Of a stretch of DNA of 64,000 bases, positions 27,949 to 38,578 are shown piece after piece. The position numbers were made by a program, and so were the translations under genes. Below the pieces are notes generated by a model. That model was not told the DNA's origin. It did no database searches and saw only the letters and a program-made list of their open reading frames with translations. Positions within the stretch are counted from its first letter, which is position 1. The number at the start of each line of letters is the position of its first letter. The stretch spans positions 26,110 to 90,109 of the forward strand of contig DIVZ01000007.1 of NCBI GenBank assembly GCA_002423395.1, read 5' to 3'. Source of the stretch: Eubacteriaceae bacterium UBA6119 (GTDB lineage Bacteria > Bacillota > Clostridia > Eubacteriales > UBA1433).

Positions 27949-28142
27949 TAAAACCGTCAATTGTGGAACTTTTAGGGAAAGTTGACAACAAATATTCTTT
28001 AGTTTATGTTGCTTCCGTCAGAGCGCGAGAGCTTATAAACGGAGAGATGCCGCTTGTTGATAAAAAAGAGCTTAATGTTGTAAGCACTGCAGTAAAAGAA
28101 ATAATGGAAGAGAAAATAACTTATCATTACAAAAACATCTAA
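27945..28142 (+). CDS. rpoZ: DNA-directed RNA polymerase subunit omega
   Basis: 65 aa with the motif NKYSLVYVASVRAREL. Position after gmk. Confidence 0.9.
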   Translation: MIKPSIVELLGKVDNKYSLVYVASVRARELINGEMPLVDKKELNVVSTAVKEIMEEKITYHYKNI

Positions 28143-28149
28143 AGATAAC

Positions 28150-28177
28150 GGCGTACTTAAAGGTACGCCATTATTCT
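28150..28177 (+). terminator. possible weak terminator or attenuator after rpoZ
   Basis: GGCGTAC / GTACGCC 7-bp stem with a 6-nt loop, but a poor T tract (ATTATTCTG). Confidence 0.3.
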
Positions 28178-28212
28178 GATATTTAATAATTTTATTTGCT
28201 TCGGAGCAGTTA

Positions 28213-30447
28213 ATGAATGAAACTGTAAATAAAGAAAAAATCGTTGAAGTTGTAATTAATGAAAAAGGAACCGCGCTAGACCGGACTTTTGATTATATAC
28301 TGCCCGCTGAACTTGCGCTAAAAGCAAGTCCGGGTAAAATTGCATTAGTTCCGTTCGGCAAAAGCAATAAAAAGCGAGAAGCTTTTATAATGAGCGTTAA
28401 AAGTGACGCCAAAAAAGATATTGTATTAAAAGAAGTGGCCGATATATTTGAGCCTGCAATGCCCATAACGGACGCGCAGTTAAAAATATGCGATTTTTTA
28501 AGGGAAGAATATTTTTGCACTTATTCCGACGCGCTTAGCTGCGCACTGCCAAAATTCGCAAGAAAAACGGGCAAGGAGCAATATAAAAGCTCAATTAGTC
28601 TAAGCGGAAAATATAAAACAAAAGAAGAGTATTTAAGCGAAATAAAATCAAATGCACGAGCTCAAAGACTTGCAATTGAATTATTAAACGAAGAATTTCA
28701 GGATCTGGATGAATTTAAAAAAATAAATAATATAAGCGGCGATGCTATAAAAAAGCTGCAGGAAAAGAATTTAATTACAATAATAAGAAATGAATTTTAC
28801 GATACGCATTACGGTAGTAATAACATAAAAAAACAAAACGCCAATATTCTTTCGGATGAACAGAAAAAAGTATTGGACGAATATTATAAATCTGATAAAA
28901 ACAATTTCTTATTGCACGGAATAACAGGCAGCGGCAAAACCGAGGTTTATCTTAATATGATACAAGACGCTTTAGACCGTGGAAGGCAAGCGCTCTATCT
29001 TTTGCCTGAAATTGCGCTAACCGCTCAGACTGTTGCGAGAATAAAAGAAAGATTCGGAGATTGCGCGGTTATTCACAGCAGGCTTTCACAAGGCGAGAGA
29101 TATTATCAGTACAAGAAAATCGCGTCAGGCGAGGCGAAGGTAATCCTGGGAGCGCGCAGCGCGTTGTTTTATCCTTACAAAGATCTAGGGATTATTGTAC
29201 TTGATGAGTGTCATGAAGAAAGCTATAAGTCCACCTCTTCTCCGCGTTATGACAGCATAGAAATAGCTGAATATTTGTCTGAGTTAAGCGGCGCAAAACT
29301 TGTTTTGGGTTCTGCCACTCCGCTGATTGAAAGTTATTATTATGCGGCCTGCGGAAAATATCATCTGCTGAATCTGCCTAATAGAATTTTTAACAGAGCG
29401 CTTCCTAATATAAATATTATAGATATGAGGCAGGAGCTGAAAGGCGGCAACAGAAGCGTGTTTTCTTCAATTCTTGAAAATTGCATACAAAAAGCGCTTG
29501 ATAAGCGCGAACAGGCAATTTTATTTCTAAACAGAAGGGGAATGTACACATATGTGTTTTGCAGGAAATGCGGATATTCTGAAAGATGCCCTTCATGCGA
29601 TGTCGCGCTTACATATCACTCAGATATAAAAAAACTTATGTGCCATTACTGCGGATATGAAAAAGATTTAGAGACTCACTGCCCTGAGTGCGGAAGTGAC
29701 AAGATACGCCATATGGGGACGGGCACGCAGAAAATAGAGAGTGAGATTTTAAGCAAGTTTCCGTACGCAAGAATAATCAGGATGGATAAGGATACAACAT
29801 CTACAAAGTATGCTTTTGATGAAATAACTGAAAATTTCAAAAATCATAAAGCGGATTTACTGATAGGGACGCAGATGGTAGTGAAAGGGTTTGATTTCCC
29901 GCTTGTAAGCGTTGTGGGAGTAGTGCTTGCTGACATGGCTTTAAATATGCCGGATATTTATTCTTCTTTTAGGGCATTTTGTCTTGCGTATCAGGCGGCG
30001 GGAAGATGCGGAAGGGAAAAAGGCGGAGGGGATGTTATAATCCAAACATACAGCCCTGAACATTATGTTATAAAACATATACATGCTTACGATTATGAGG
30101 GATTCTACAAAGATGAGATAAAATACAGAAAGAAACTCAGTTATCCGCCGTTCAGCCAGATGTACGGGTTTTATTTCATAGACGAGAACGAAGAAAAGGC
30201 AAAAAATACCGCATATGAATTCGCGCAGAGTTTAATAGATGAAATAAAAGACGAGCAATGCAGACTGATAAAAATATACCGCCCCGCAAAACCGGAAGTG
30301 TCTTACATAAATAATAAATACATATTCCACGTTATAGTGAAGACAAGCGCGGAAAAAAATATTAAAAATGCAATGAAAATAGTATATAATAATATAATAC
30401 ACAAAAATAATATACATGCATACATGCAAAAAAATTCGGGAGTATAA
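28213..30447 (+). CDS. priA: primosomal replication-restart helicase PriA
   Basis: 744 aa with Walker A LHGITGSGKTEVY, DEAH-like LDECHE, and the Cys-rich zinc insertion (CRKCGY..CPSCD...CHYCGY...CPECGS). Confidence 0.95.
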   Translation: MNETVNKEKIVEVVINEKGTALDRTFDYILPAELALKASPGKIALVPFGKSNKKREAFIMSVKSDAKKDIVLKEVADIFEPAMPITDAQLKICDFLREEYFCTYSDALSCALPKFARKTGKEQYKSSISLSGKYKTKEEYLSEIKSNARAQRLAIELLNEEFQDLDEFKKINNISGDAIKKLQEKNLITIIRNEFYDTHYGSNNIKKQNANILSDEQKKVLDEYYKSDKNNFLLHGITGSGKTEVYLNMIQDALDRGRQALYLLPEIALTAQTVARIKERFGDCAVIHSRLSQGERYYQYKKIASGEAKVILGARSALFYPYKDLGIIVLDECHEESYKSTSSPRYDSIEIAEYLSELSGAKLVLGSATPLIESYYYAACGKYHLLNLPNRIFNRALPNINIIDMRQELKGGNRSVFSSILENCIQKALDKREQAILFLNRRGMYTYVFCRKCGYSERCPSCDVALTYHSDIKKLMCHYCGYEKDLETHCPECGSDKIRHMGTGTQKIESEILSKFPYARIIRMDKDTTSTKYAFDEITENFKNHKADLLIGTQMVVKGFDFPLVSVVGVVLADMALNMPDIYSSFRAFCLAYQAAGRCGREKGGGDVIIQTYSPEHYVIKHIHAYDYEGFYKDEIKYRKKLSYPPFSQMYGFYFIDENEEKAKNTAYEFAQSLIDEIKDEQCRLIKIYRPAKPEVSYINNKYIFHVIVKTSAEKNIKNAMKIVYNNIIHKNNIHAYMQKNSGV

Positions 30448-30454
30448 CGCAAAA

Positions 30455-30958
30455 ATGGCATTAAGACTTGTAAGAACAGAAGAAGATGAGATTTTATATA
30501 AAAAATCAAAATATGTAAATGAAGTAACAGACAGAATAAAACAGTTGTTTGATGATATGGAAGAGACTTTAGAGTCGCATAAAGGGGTAGGACTTGCGGC
30601 AGTGCAGGTAGGAGTGCTTAAAAGACTTATTGTAGTGCATTATAATGATGCTGTATACAGACTTATAAATCCGCAGATTATATCTTCAGACGGAGAAGAA
30701 ATTGCATACGAAGGATGCCTAAGCATACCGGGAAAGCATATGTCGGTAAAAAGACCTTCAAATGTAACACTTACAGCAATGGATGAAAACGGACAAGAAA
30801 TAACCATTGAAGCAGACGGTCATTTGGCTAGGATATTCTGCCATGAGACTGACCACTTAGAAGGAATACTTTATACTCAAAAAGCCGATTTTACACAGCC
30901 TGTATTATACGACGGCGATGATGAAAACGAAGAAGAAAGTGACGAAGAGCAGAAATAA
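30455..30958 (+). CDS. def: peptide deformylase (with acidic C-terminal tail)
   Basis: Motifs GVGLAAVQVG, EGCLS and HETDHL. I place the start at MALRLVRTEED (ATG 30455). Confidence 0.93.
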   Translation: MALRLVRTEEDEILYKKSKYVNEVTDRIKQLFDDMEETLESHKGVGLAAVQVGVLKRLIVVHYNDAVYRLINPQIISSDGEEIAYEGCLSIPGKHMSVKRPSNVTLTAMDENGQEITIEADGHLARIFCHETDHLEGILYTQKADFTQPVLYDGDDENEEESDEEQK

Positions 30959-30973
30959 AATAAGGTGAGCAAG

Positions 30974-31903
30974 ATGAAGATTATTTATGCCGCAACACCC
31001 GATTTTGCAGTGCCTGCGCTTAAATCTATTATAAATACAAAAAATGATATTGTGTTGATTATTACCCAGCCCGACAAGGCGAATGCCAGAGGAAATAAAA
31101 TTGTATTTTCCGCTGTAAAGCAAATAGGAATTGAAAATAATATTAAAATATTTCAGCCTGACAACATAAACTCGTCACAAAGCCTTGATATAATTAAAAG
31201 CTGCGATCCTGATTTGCTTATAACGGCGGCGTACGGACAAATTTTAAAGCAGGAGCTTTTAAACATTCCGAAATACGGCTGTGTAAATATTCACGCATCA
31301 ATTCTTCCGAAATACAGAGGAGCAGCTCCGATAAACAGAGCGATAATTAACGGAGAGAAAGTAAGCGGCATTACTATTATGAAAATGGACAGGGGAATGG
31401 ATACGGGGGATATAATAATGCAAAAAGAAATTGTTATTGATGATAACATGAACGCCGGACAGCTTCACGATGAGCTTGCTTTGCTCGGCTCTATGATGAT
31501 AGAGGAATTCTTATCTGACGTAGAAGGCAATCTGTGCAAAGCAAAAAAGCAGGATAACTCTCTTGCAAGCATTGCGGGCAAGATAACAAAAGAAGAATTA
31601 TTTATTAATTTTAATGATGATAGCGTAAATATATATAATAGAATAAGAGGACTAAGCCCATATCCTGCGGCAAGATGCTTTATAGACGGTAAAATATTAA
31701 AGATTTATGAATGCGAAATATTGGATGGAAATTTTAATAACAAAGCAGGCGAAATAATATATTTTGATAAATCAAACGGCTTTGTAGTAAAAACAAGAGA
31801 TAAAGCGCTTAAACTGGCAAAAGTGCAGTTGGAAGGAAAGAAAGAAATAACAGACAAACAATTTATAATAGGATATAACTTAGAGAATAATATATTAAAA
31901 TAG
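30974..31903 (+). CDS. fmt: methionyl-tRNA formyltransferase
   Basis: MKIIYAATPDFAVP... and HASILPKYRGAAPINRAIING. ATG at 30974, 6 nt after GGTGA. The track start is a GTG within that RBS. Confidence 0.95.
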   Translation: MKIIYAATPDFAVPALKSIINTKNDIVLIITQPDKANARGNKIVFSAVKQIGIENNIKIFQPDNINSSQSLDIIKSCDPDLLITAAYGQILKQELLNIPKYGCVNIHASILPKYRGAAPINRAIINGEKVSGITIMKMDRGMDTGDIIMQKEIVIDDNMNAGQLHDELALLGSMMIEEFLSDVEGNLCKAKKQDNSLASIAGKITKEELFINFNDDSVNIYNRIRGLSPYPAARCFIDGKILKIYECEILDGNFNNKAGEIIYFDKSNGFVVKTRDKALKLAKVQLEGKKEITDKQFIIGYNLENNILK

Positions 31904-31926
31904 ATAAATAAAAAGGAGATGATATT

Positions 31927-32619
31927 ATGATGTATTTATACGGAGGATTTTTTTATATATTAATCCCGGGATTTTTAATAAGCCTTTACGCAAGCATTAA
32001 AGTCAGGACAACTTATTCAAAATTCAGCAAGGTTGGTAATTCGAAAAATATTACGGGAGACCAGGCTGCAAGAAGCATATTAGATTCCGCAGGGCTTAAT
32101 AATGTAGACATTGAGCATATTAGAGGAAACCTTACAGACCATTACGATCCGCGCAGCCGTGTTTTAAGGCTGTCGGAAGGAGTGTACGGTTCTACAAGCA
32201 TAGCGGCAATTGGCATAGCCGCTCATGAAGCCGGGCATGCCATACAGCACGCAACGAGATACGCGCCCCTTGCTTTTAGGAATTCCATTGTACCTGTAGT
32301 TAACATTGCTACAAACGCATCATGGATTTTGTTTTTAATAGGATTATTTATAAGCAGTCAAAGCGGTATTTTTTTTATGAATCTCGGCATTTTGCTTTTC
32401 TGCTTTGCCGTTGTTTTTCAGCTAGTTACCGTATTCGTAGAATTTGACGCAAGCAAAAGAGCTGTTGCGCAGATTGATACGATGACACTTGGCGATATTG
32501 AAGATGTGCAAGGCGTAAAAAAAGTGCTTAGCGCTGCAGCGCTGACGTATGTTGCCGCGCTTTTAATGGCAATACTGCAGCTTGTAAGAATGATAGCGCT
32601 GAGAGGCAGCCGTGACTGA
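31927..32619 (+). CDS. membrane zinc metallopeptidase (Zn_peptidase_2 / YpfJ-unrelated PF04298-like)
   Basis: 230 aa with LTDHYDPR...VLRLSE and the HEAGHAIQH zinc motif, plus an N-terminal TM helix and C-terminal TM helices. Confidence 0.85.
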   Translation: MMYLYGGFFYILIPGFLISLYASIKVRTTYSKFSKVGNSKNITGDQAARSILDSAGLNNVDIEHIRGNLTDHYDPRSRVLRLSEGVYGSTSIAAIGIAAHEAGHAIQHATRYAPLAFRNSIVPVVNIATNASWILFLIGLFISSQSGIFFMNLGILLFCFAVVFQLVTVFVEFDASKRAVAQIDTMTLGDIEDVQGVKKVLSAAALTYVAALLMAILQLVRMIALRGSRD

Positions 32620-33943
32620 TATGGCAGATTATCACAGTACGGGCATTGCAAGAAACATATCGTATAAAGTGCTCTTCGACGTTTATTACAATGACGCGTA
32701 TTCGAATTTATCAATAAAAAAGCATTTTAACGCACTTAAAAAAGACGAAGACAGAGCGCTTGCGACTAATATAATATTCGGCACGATTAAAAAAGATATA
32801 TTTTTGTCCGAAGTCATAAAAAGGCTGTCATCGGTGGATTATGACAAAATAAAGCCGGAAATTCAAGTAATATTAAAAGCGGGGATTTATCAGCTTTATT
32901 TTATGGACAGGGTTCCGCCGTATGCCGTAGTGAACGACTGCGTTAATCTTGCGAAACTTTTTGTGTCGAATAAGACGGGATCGTTTGTCAACGCGGTTTT
33001 AAGAAGCGCAATAAGGCGCAAAAAGGAATTTGAAAATATTAAAAACGAGTCGGATATACCGTTATGGCTCAGCATTTATTTGAGCAGATTTTATGACGAT
33101 GTATTCCTTAAAGCGATGGAAGAAGACTTTTTAAAAAGTCCTGATATGTTTGTAAGAGTGAATAAATTAAAAAGCGCGCCGCAAGATGCATATGAAGCAT
33201 TAAATAAAGAAGAAAAAATATGCGAAACAACTTTTATGCCTGATGTTTTTAAGGTATTAAAACCGAGCGCAGTGTTAAATTCTCACCTTATGAGAAACTG
33301 TATAATATCAATACAGGATATTTCCTCCGCCTTATGCGCGTATGCACTCGGAGCAGAACAAGGCGACAGCATAATTGATTTATGCGCTTCTCCCGGCGGC
33401 AAGAGTCTTCACATAGCATCGCTTACAGGCAACATGGCAAACATAACGGCATGCGATATACATAAGCATAAAATCGAGTTTATGAAAAATATTTTTAAAT
33501 GCTTCGAAGCAGATATAACAGTTATAAAAAATGATGCGGAAGAATATCGCGAAGAGTTTTTTGAAAAATTTGACAGGGTAGTACTTGACGCTCCCTGCAG
33601 CGGGCTCGGGGTAATTAGAAGAAAGCCTGAAATATTATTGCGTTTAAGCCAGCAGGATATGCAGAACTTAATTAAGATTCAGGAAAATATGCTTAAAAAC
33701 GCGGCTAAATATGTAAAAAAAGGCGGAATTTTATTATACAGCACGTGCAGCATAAATCCCGAGGAAAACGAGCTTCAAATACAAAAATTCCTTACTGATA
33801 ACAGCGAATTTTCGTTAACGGAAATTGTATTTCCCGAGAAATTTTACGAGAACATACACATATATTCAAAAAGTGAAATAAAGCTTTACAGTCATGAGTT
33901 TTTTGGAGACGGATTTTATATATGCAAATTGGTAAAAAGTTAA
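32612..33943 (+). CDS. rsmB: 16S rRNA (cytosine967-C5)-methyltransferase RsmB
   Basis: 443 aa with an N-terminal NusB-like domain, the SAM motif DLCASPGGKS, and the catalytic motifs DAPCSGLGVIRRKPE and YSTCS. Confidence 0.9.
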   Translation: MTDMADYHSTGIARNISYKVLFDVYYNDAYSNLSIKKHFNALKKDEDRALATNIIFGTIKKDIFLSEVIKRLSSVDYDKIKPEIQVILKAGIYQLYFMDRVPPYAVVNDCVNLAKLFVSNKTGSFVNAVLRSAIRRKKEFENIKNESDIPLWLSIYLSRFYDDVFLKAMEEDFLKSPDMFVRVNKLKSAPQDAYEALNKEEKICETTFMPDVFKVLKPSAVLNSHLMRNCIISIQDISSALCAYALGAEQGDSIIDLCASPGGKSLHIASLTGNMANITACDIHKHKIEFMKNIFKCFEADITVIKNDAEEYREEFFEKFDRVVLDAPCSGLGVIRRKPEILLRLSQQDMQNLIKIQENMLKNAAKYVKKGGILLYSTCSINPEENELQIQKFLTDNSEFSLTEIVFPEKFYENIHIYSKSEIKLYSHEFFGDGFYICKLVKS

Positions 33944-33978
33944 CATAGAAAAACTATAATTATATTGTAAAATATATA

Positions 33979-35022
33979 TTGGATAAGTATAATATGATAA
34001 ATCTTTTCGGGCTTAGCAAAGCCGATATACAAAAAATAGCAAACGAGAACAACTGGCCTTCATACAGAGCTGCTCAGATATTTGAATGGGTATACAAGGG
34101 AATAGATACTATTGACGAAATGAGCAACTTGCCGGGCTTGATACGCGAAGAACTTAAAAATAAATATTATATATATCAAATGCAGATTATAAAAAAGTTA
34201 AGAGAAAATAAAACAGATACTGTTAAATATTTGCTTAAAACTGAAGATAACCTGCAAATTGAAGCGGTGCTTATGAATTATAAGCACGGCATAAGCGTAT
34301 GCATTTCCACACAGGCAGGATGCGGTATGGCCTGCGCTTTCTGTGCATCTGCAAAAGACGGAATGATAAGAAATTTAACTGCCGGCGAAATGCTTTCGCA
34401 GATATACGCAATACAAAAAGACACAAACACAAGAGTTGATAATATTGTAATGATGGGAAGCGGAGAGCCTCTTGCGAATTTTGAAAACACTATGGCATTC
34501 TTAAATCTTGTATCAGATGAAGATACTTTGAATATATCAAAGCGAAGCATTACTTTATCGACATGCGGACTTTCTGATAAAATATACGCTCTTGCGGACA
34601 GCGGCGCGGGAATAAATCTTTCGGTGTCGCTGCATAATCCCATACAGAGCCAAAGAGAAAAAATAATGCCTGTCGCAAAAAAATATTCTATCGACGAGTT
34701 AATAAAAGCATGCTCATATTATACTTGCAAAACAAAAAGAAGAGTAACTTTTGAGTACGCGTTGATAGAAGGACAGAATGACACGTCTTATCATGCGGAA
34801 CAATTGGTAAGGAAATTAAAGACGCTAAATTGCCTTGTGAATTTAATACCTGTAAATGAGGTAGAAGGAAAAGAAATTAAAAAAAGCAGTGAAAACAATA
34901 TAAAAAATTTTTATGATATTCTTACAAAAAATAACATTAACACGACAATAAGAAGAACGCTGGGAAGCAGTATTAATGCGGCATGCGGTCAATTGAGGGC
35001 CGGGATATATAAGGAAGGTTAA
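33979..35022 (+). CDS. rlmN: 23S rRNA/tRNA (adenine2503-C2)-methyltransferase RlmN (radical SAM)
   Basis: 347 aa with the CGMACAFCAS radical-SAM cluster motif, GSGEPL, and the C-terminal catalytic Cys (AACGQL). Confidence 0.93.
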   Translation: MDKYNMINLFGLSKADIQKIANENNWPSYRAAQIFEWVYKGIDTIDEMSNLPGLIREELKNKYYIYQMQIIKKLRENKTDTVKYLLKTEDNLQIEAVLMNYKHGISVCISTQAGCGMACAFCASAKDGMIRNLTAGEMLSQIYAIQKDTNTRVDNIVMMGSGEPLANFENTMAFLNLVSDEDTLNISKRSITLSTCGLSDKIYALADSGAGINLSVSLHNPIQSQREKIMPVAKKYSIDELIKACSYYTCKTKRRVTFEYALIEGQNDTSYHAEQLVRKLKTLNCLVNLIPVNEVEGKEIKKSSENNIKNFYDILTKNNINTTIRRTLGSSINAACGQLRAGIYKEG

Positions 35023-35025
35023 GTT

Positions 35026-35772
35026 ATGAACGTAGCGTATCGAACAGATGTGGGAAAAGTAAGACAGAAAAATGAAGACGCAGTTATGACGCTGTTTAAC
35101 AGCACAAACGAAATATTTATATGCGCAGTCGCAGACGGCATGGGAGGACATAAGGCAGGCGGCACCGCATCAACCACGGCGCTTAATATATTAAGAAAAA
35201 AACTAATTGATTTAGACGGCAAAAATATTGAAGATTATGTAAAAAAACTTGAAGACATTATTACAAATATAAATGATGAAATATTTAAGAAATCAAACAA
35301 AGACGATAATTTAAAAGGAATGGGCACAACCATTACTGTTTGCATTGTTTTTAAAATGAAAATGGTAGTGTTTCATATAGGAGACAGCAGGGTATATACA
35401 ATAAATGAAAACGGCATAACGCAAATTACAAAAGATCATTCTTTAGTACAAAAACTTGTAGACGAGGGCAAAATTACAAAAGATGAAGCCGCTGTTCATC
35501 CCAACAGAAATATACTTTTAAAAGCGCTGGGCAGCAATGAAAAACTTATACCTGATGTAAAAGAAATCGTTTTAGAAAAACCATTAAAAGTGCTTATGTG
35601 CACCGACGGTCTTACATCGCTTGTATCAGATAAAGAAATAGAAGAAATTATAAAAAATAACAGCTGCGATACTGCGGCTGTCAAGCTGATTTTCGCCGCT
35701 AATAAAGCCGGCGGACTTGATAATATTTCAGTAATAGTTTTTGAAGCAGGAGTAAATGATGGCAAGCAGTAA
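35026..35772 (+). CDS. stp: PP2C-family Ser/Thr phosphatase (Stp/PrpC)
   Basis: 248 aa with ADGMGGHKAG, HIGDSRVY and CTDGL motifs. Overlaps prkC. Confidence 0.9.
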   Translation: MNVAYRTDVGKVRQKNEDAVMTLFNSTNEIFICAVADGMGGHKAGGTASTTALNILRKKLIDLDGKNIEDYVKKLEDIITNINDEIFKKSNKDDNLKGMGTTITVCIVFKMKMVVFHIGDSRVYTINENGITQITKDHSLVQKLVDEGKITKDEAAVHPNRNILLKALGSNEKLIPDVKEIVLEKPLKVLMCTDGLTSLVSDKEIEEIIKNNSCDTAAVKLIFAANKAGGLDNISVIVFEAGVNDGKQ

Positions 35773-37693
35773 ACTACTTAGCAATCGATATAAAATAATA
35801 GCGAAAATCGGCGTGGGAGGCATGGCGGTAATATACAAAGCATATGACACGCTGTTAGACCGGTATGTCGCCATAAAAGTGCTTAAGGAAGAATATGTAA
35901 GCAATGAGCAGTTTTTAAAAAAGTTCAAACGTGAAGCGCAGGCGGCGGCAAAACTGACGCACGCCAATATTGTGAACGTGTTCGATGTAGGAGAAGAAGA
36001 CGGTCTTCATTATATTGTAATGGAGCTTATTGAAGGGCAGACATTAAAAAAATACATCGAGGAACGCGGGTGTCTTACATGGAAAGAAACGCTCGCGATT
36101 GCGCTGCAAATTGCATCAGCTCTTGATACGGCGCATAGAAACAATATTATACATAGAGATATAAAACCGCAGAATATACTAATGACTGACGACGGCATAC
36201 CAAAAGTTTCGGACTTCGGTATAGCAAAGGCGGTGACAAGCACTACAGTCACATCCGATGGCGATGCTATAGGAAGCGTGCATTATATATCGCCCGAGCA
36301 GGCAAGAGGCGGATTTGTTGATGAGAGAAGCGATTTATATTCACTGGGTATTATGATGTATGAAATGCTTACGGGAATACTGCCGTTTGTAGGCGACACT
36401 GTTGTAAGCATTGCGATTCAGCACATTCAGTCCAATGTACCGCGTATTGAAACAGTAACTCAAAATATCCCTCAAGCGATAGCCGATATAACCAATAAAC
36501 TTACTGAAAAACTTCCCGAGAGAAGATACCAAAATGCGCTTGAATTAATGAACGCGATTATAAAGGCAAAGAATAACCCGTATACAAAACTTGAAAATAA
36601 TGAAGAAGCAAAAGATATAAGAAAAGAGAAAGTCTCTTCAATAAGATCATATTCAAAGCCTAAACCACCGGAAGAGCGGATAATATTAACTCAAGGCCAT
36701 GACGAGCCGGAAGAAATATATGAGAGATTTAATTTTAAAAAAAGCGCTCTGATTTTCTTTAAAGAGAAAAAAAGGATTATTTTTGCTTTGCTGATTTTTT
36801 TGGTTATGCTGATTTTTGTAGTTTCTGTTTATTCCATAAGCGGAAACAAAAAAATTGAAGTGCCTAACATAGAGGGAATGACAATAGAACAAGCAAAACA
36901 AACACTTAAAAACTCCGGACTTAAATATGATATAGTACTGGAAAAAGGCAGCCTTGAAGTTCCTAAAGACTCTGTAATAAGCCAAAATCCCAAAGCAGGG
37001 GATTATATTAAAAAATCAATGCCGGTTGAAATTGTAGTCAGCACCGGACCCAAAGAAATTGTAATGCCTGATGTTACAGGGCAATTTGAGGTGAACGCCA
37101 GAAGCACGCTTGAAAACGCAGGGTTGATTGTTAGTGAAGTAAATAAAGAATTTAACGACCAATATGATACTAATTTAGTATATGATCAAAGCCCTAAAGC
37201 AAATGAAAAAGTTTTGGAAGGCGCGAGTGTAATATTATATGTCAGCCAAGGAAAAGAAACATACATTATGCCTAATCTTATAGGCATGACTGAAGATGAC
37301 GCCAGAGCTGAACTAGTTAAAATGGGATTAAATTTAACCAGTGTACAATATCAAGTAAGCACGCAATACAGCAAAGGTTTAGTGTGCGGTCAGAATCCTG
37401 AGGCAAATAAGCTGGTGGCAAAAACGCAGGGCGTTACACTTATTATAAGCAAAGGAAAAATAACGTCAAAAAATATTACTATTGATTTGTCGGATTTGGT
37501 AAGCGGACCCGTAAGGAACGTATATGTTAGAATTGATTTAATTGACCAGGACGGAAATATCAGTACTCAGTATGAAAGCAGTCATAAATCCAGCGATGTA
37601 TTTACAGCCACGCTAAACGGCGTCGGAACAGAATATTATAAAGTTTATATAGATAATATTGAAAAACAGTCCGGAATTATCACGTTTAATTAA
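35756..37693 (+). CDS. prkC: PASTA-domain Ser/Thr protein kinase PrkC
   Basis: 645 aa. Kinase motifs GVGGMAVIYKA, HRDIKPQNIL and DFGIA, then a TM helix, three PASTA-like repeats and a C-terminal beta-rich domain. Confidence 0.93.
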   Translation: MMASSKLLSNRYKIIAKIGVGGMAVIYKAYDTLLDRYVAIKVLKEEYVSNEQFLKKFKREAQAAAKLTHANIVNVFDVGEEDGLHYIVMELIEGQTLKKYIEERGCLTWKETLAIALQIASALDTAHRNNIIHRDIKPQNILMTDDGIPKVSDFGIAKAVTSTTVTSDGDAIGSVHYISPEQARGGFVDERSDLYSLGIMMYEMLTGILPFVGDTVVSIAIQHIQSNVPRIETVTQNIPQAIADITNKLTEKLPERRYQNALELMNAIIKAKNNPYTKLENNEEAKDIRKEKVSSIRSYSKPKPPEERIILTQGHDEPEEIYERFNFKKSALIFFKEKKRIIFALLIFLVMLIFVVSVYSISGNKKIEVPNIEGMTIEQAKQTLKNSGLKYDIVLEKGSLEVPKDSVISQNPKAGDYIKKSMPVEIVVSTGPKEIVMPDVTGQFEVNARSTLENAGLIVSEVNKEFNDQYDTNLVYDQSPKANEKVLEGASVILYVSQGKETYIMPNLIGMTEDDARAELVKMGLNLTSVQYQVSTQYSKGLVCGQNPEANKLVAKTQGVTLIISKGKITSKNITIDLSDLVSGPVRNVYVRIDLIDQDGNISTQYESSHKSSDVFTATLNGVGTEYYKVYIDNIEKQSGIITFN

Positions 37694-37702
37694 TGAGGAG
37701 AT

Positions 37703-38578
37703 ATGCAGGGCAAAATCACTAAAGGTGTCGGAGGATTTTATACTGTTCTTACTGACGATAAAAAATTAATAACTTGCGGTATAAAAGGAATATTCAGAAA
37801 CAAAAACATCACGCCTACTGTAGGCGATGATGTTGTCGTACAATTTAAAGACAACGGGTATGTTATCAGCCAGATATCAGAGCGAAAAAATATACTCATT
37901 CGGCCCAGTGTGGCAAACGTAAGCCAGGTAATGATTGTAATGGCTTGTGCTAAACCTGAGCCGAATTTTTTAGTCCTTGATAAACTTACAGCAATTTGTG
38001 AAGATAAAAATTTAAAAGTAATAATATGTTTTAATAAAACAGATCTTGCCGACAGTGCAAAAATAGATAAAATCAGAAAAATATACGAAAAAACTCCTTA
38101 CAATATATTTTTTATTAACGCAAAAAATAAAGAAACAGGTAGCATTAAAGATGTTTTATACAATAATACCACAGTGCTCGCAGGACCGTCGGGTGTAGGC
38201 AAAAGCACGCTGTTAAATTGCATTTCTCCGGATTTCTATTTAAATACAGGAGAGATAAGCGAAAAGATAGGCAGAGGCAAACATACTACAAGGCATACTG
38301 AACTGCTTATATTAAATGAAAGCACTTATATTGCGGATACGCCGGGATTTACTAATATTGATATGACTGAAATTGATATTGAAAATCTGAAATATTGTTT
38401 TGCAGAATTTGCAGAATTTGACGGGATGTGCAAATATAACTCCTGCATGCATGAACACGAACCGGGCTGCAGAGTAAAAGAAGCAGTAAAAAATGATGAA
38501 ATAAGCCAGAACAGGTATGAAAATTATATTAGTATAAAAAATGAAATATCTTCAAATCCAAGGAGCTACAAAAAATGA
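37703..38578 (+). CDS. rsgA: ribosome small-subunit-dependent GTPase RsgA
   Basis: 291 aa with circularly permuted GTPase motifs (NKTDL, then GPSGVGKSTLLN) and a C-terminal zinc knuckle (CKYNSCMHEHEPGC). Confidence 0.93.
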   Translation: MQGKITKGVGGFYTVLTDDKKLITCGIKGIFRNKNITPTVGDDVVVQFKDNGYVISQISERKNILIRPSVANVSQVMIVMACAKPEPNFLVLDKLTAICEDKNLKVIICFNKTDLADSAKIDKIRKIYEKTPYNIFFINAKNKETGSIKDVLYNNTTVLAGPSGVGKSTLLNCISPDFYLNTGEISEKIGRGKHTTRHTELLILNESTYIADTPGFTNIDMTEIDIENLKYCFAEFAEFDGMCKYNSCMHEHEPGCRVKEAVKNDEISQNRYENYISIKNEISSNPRSYKK

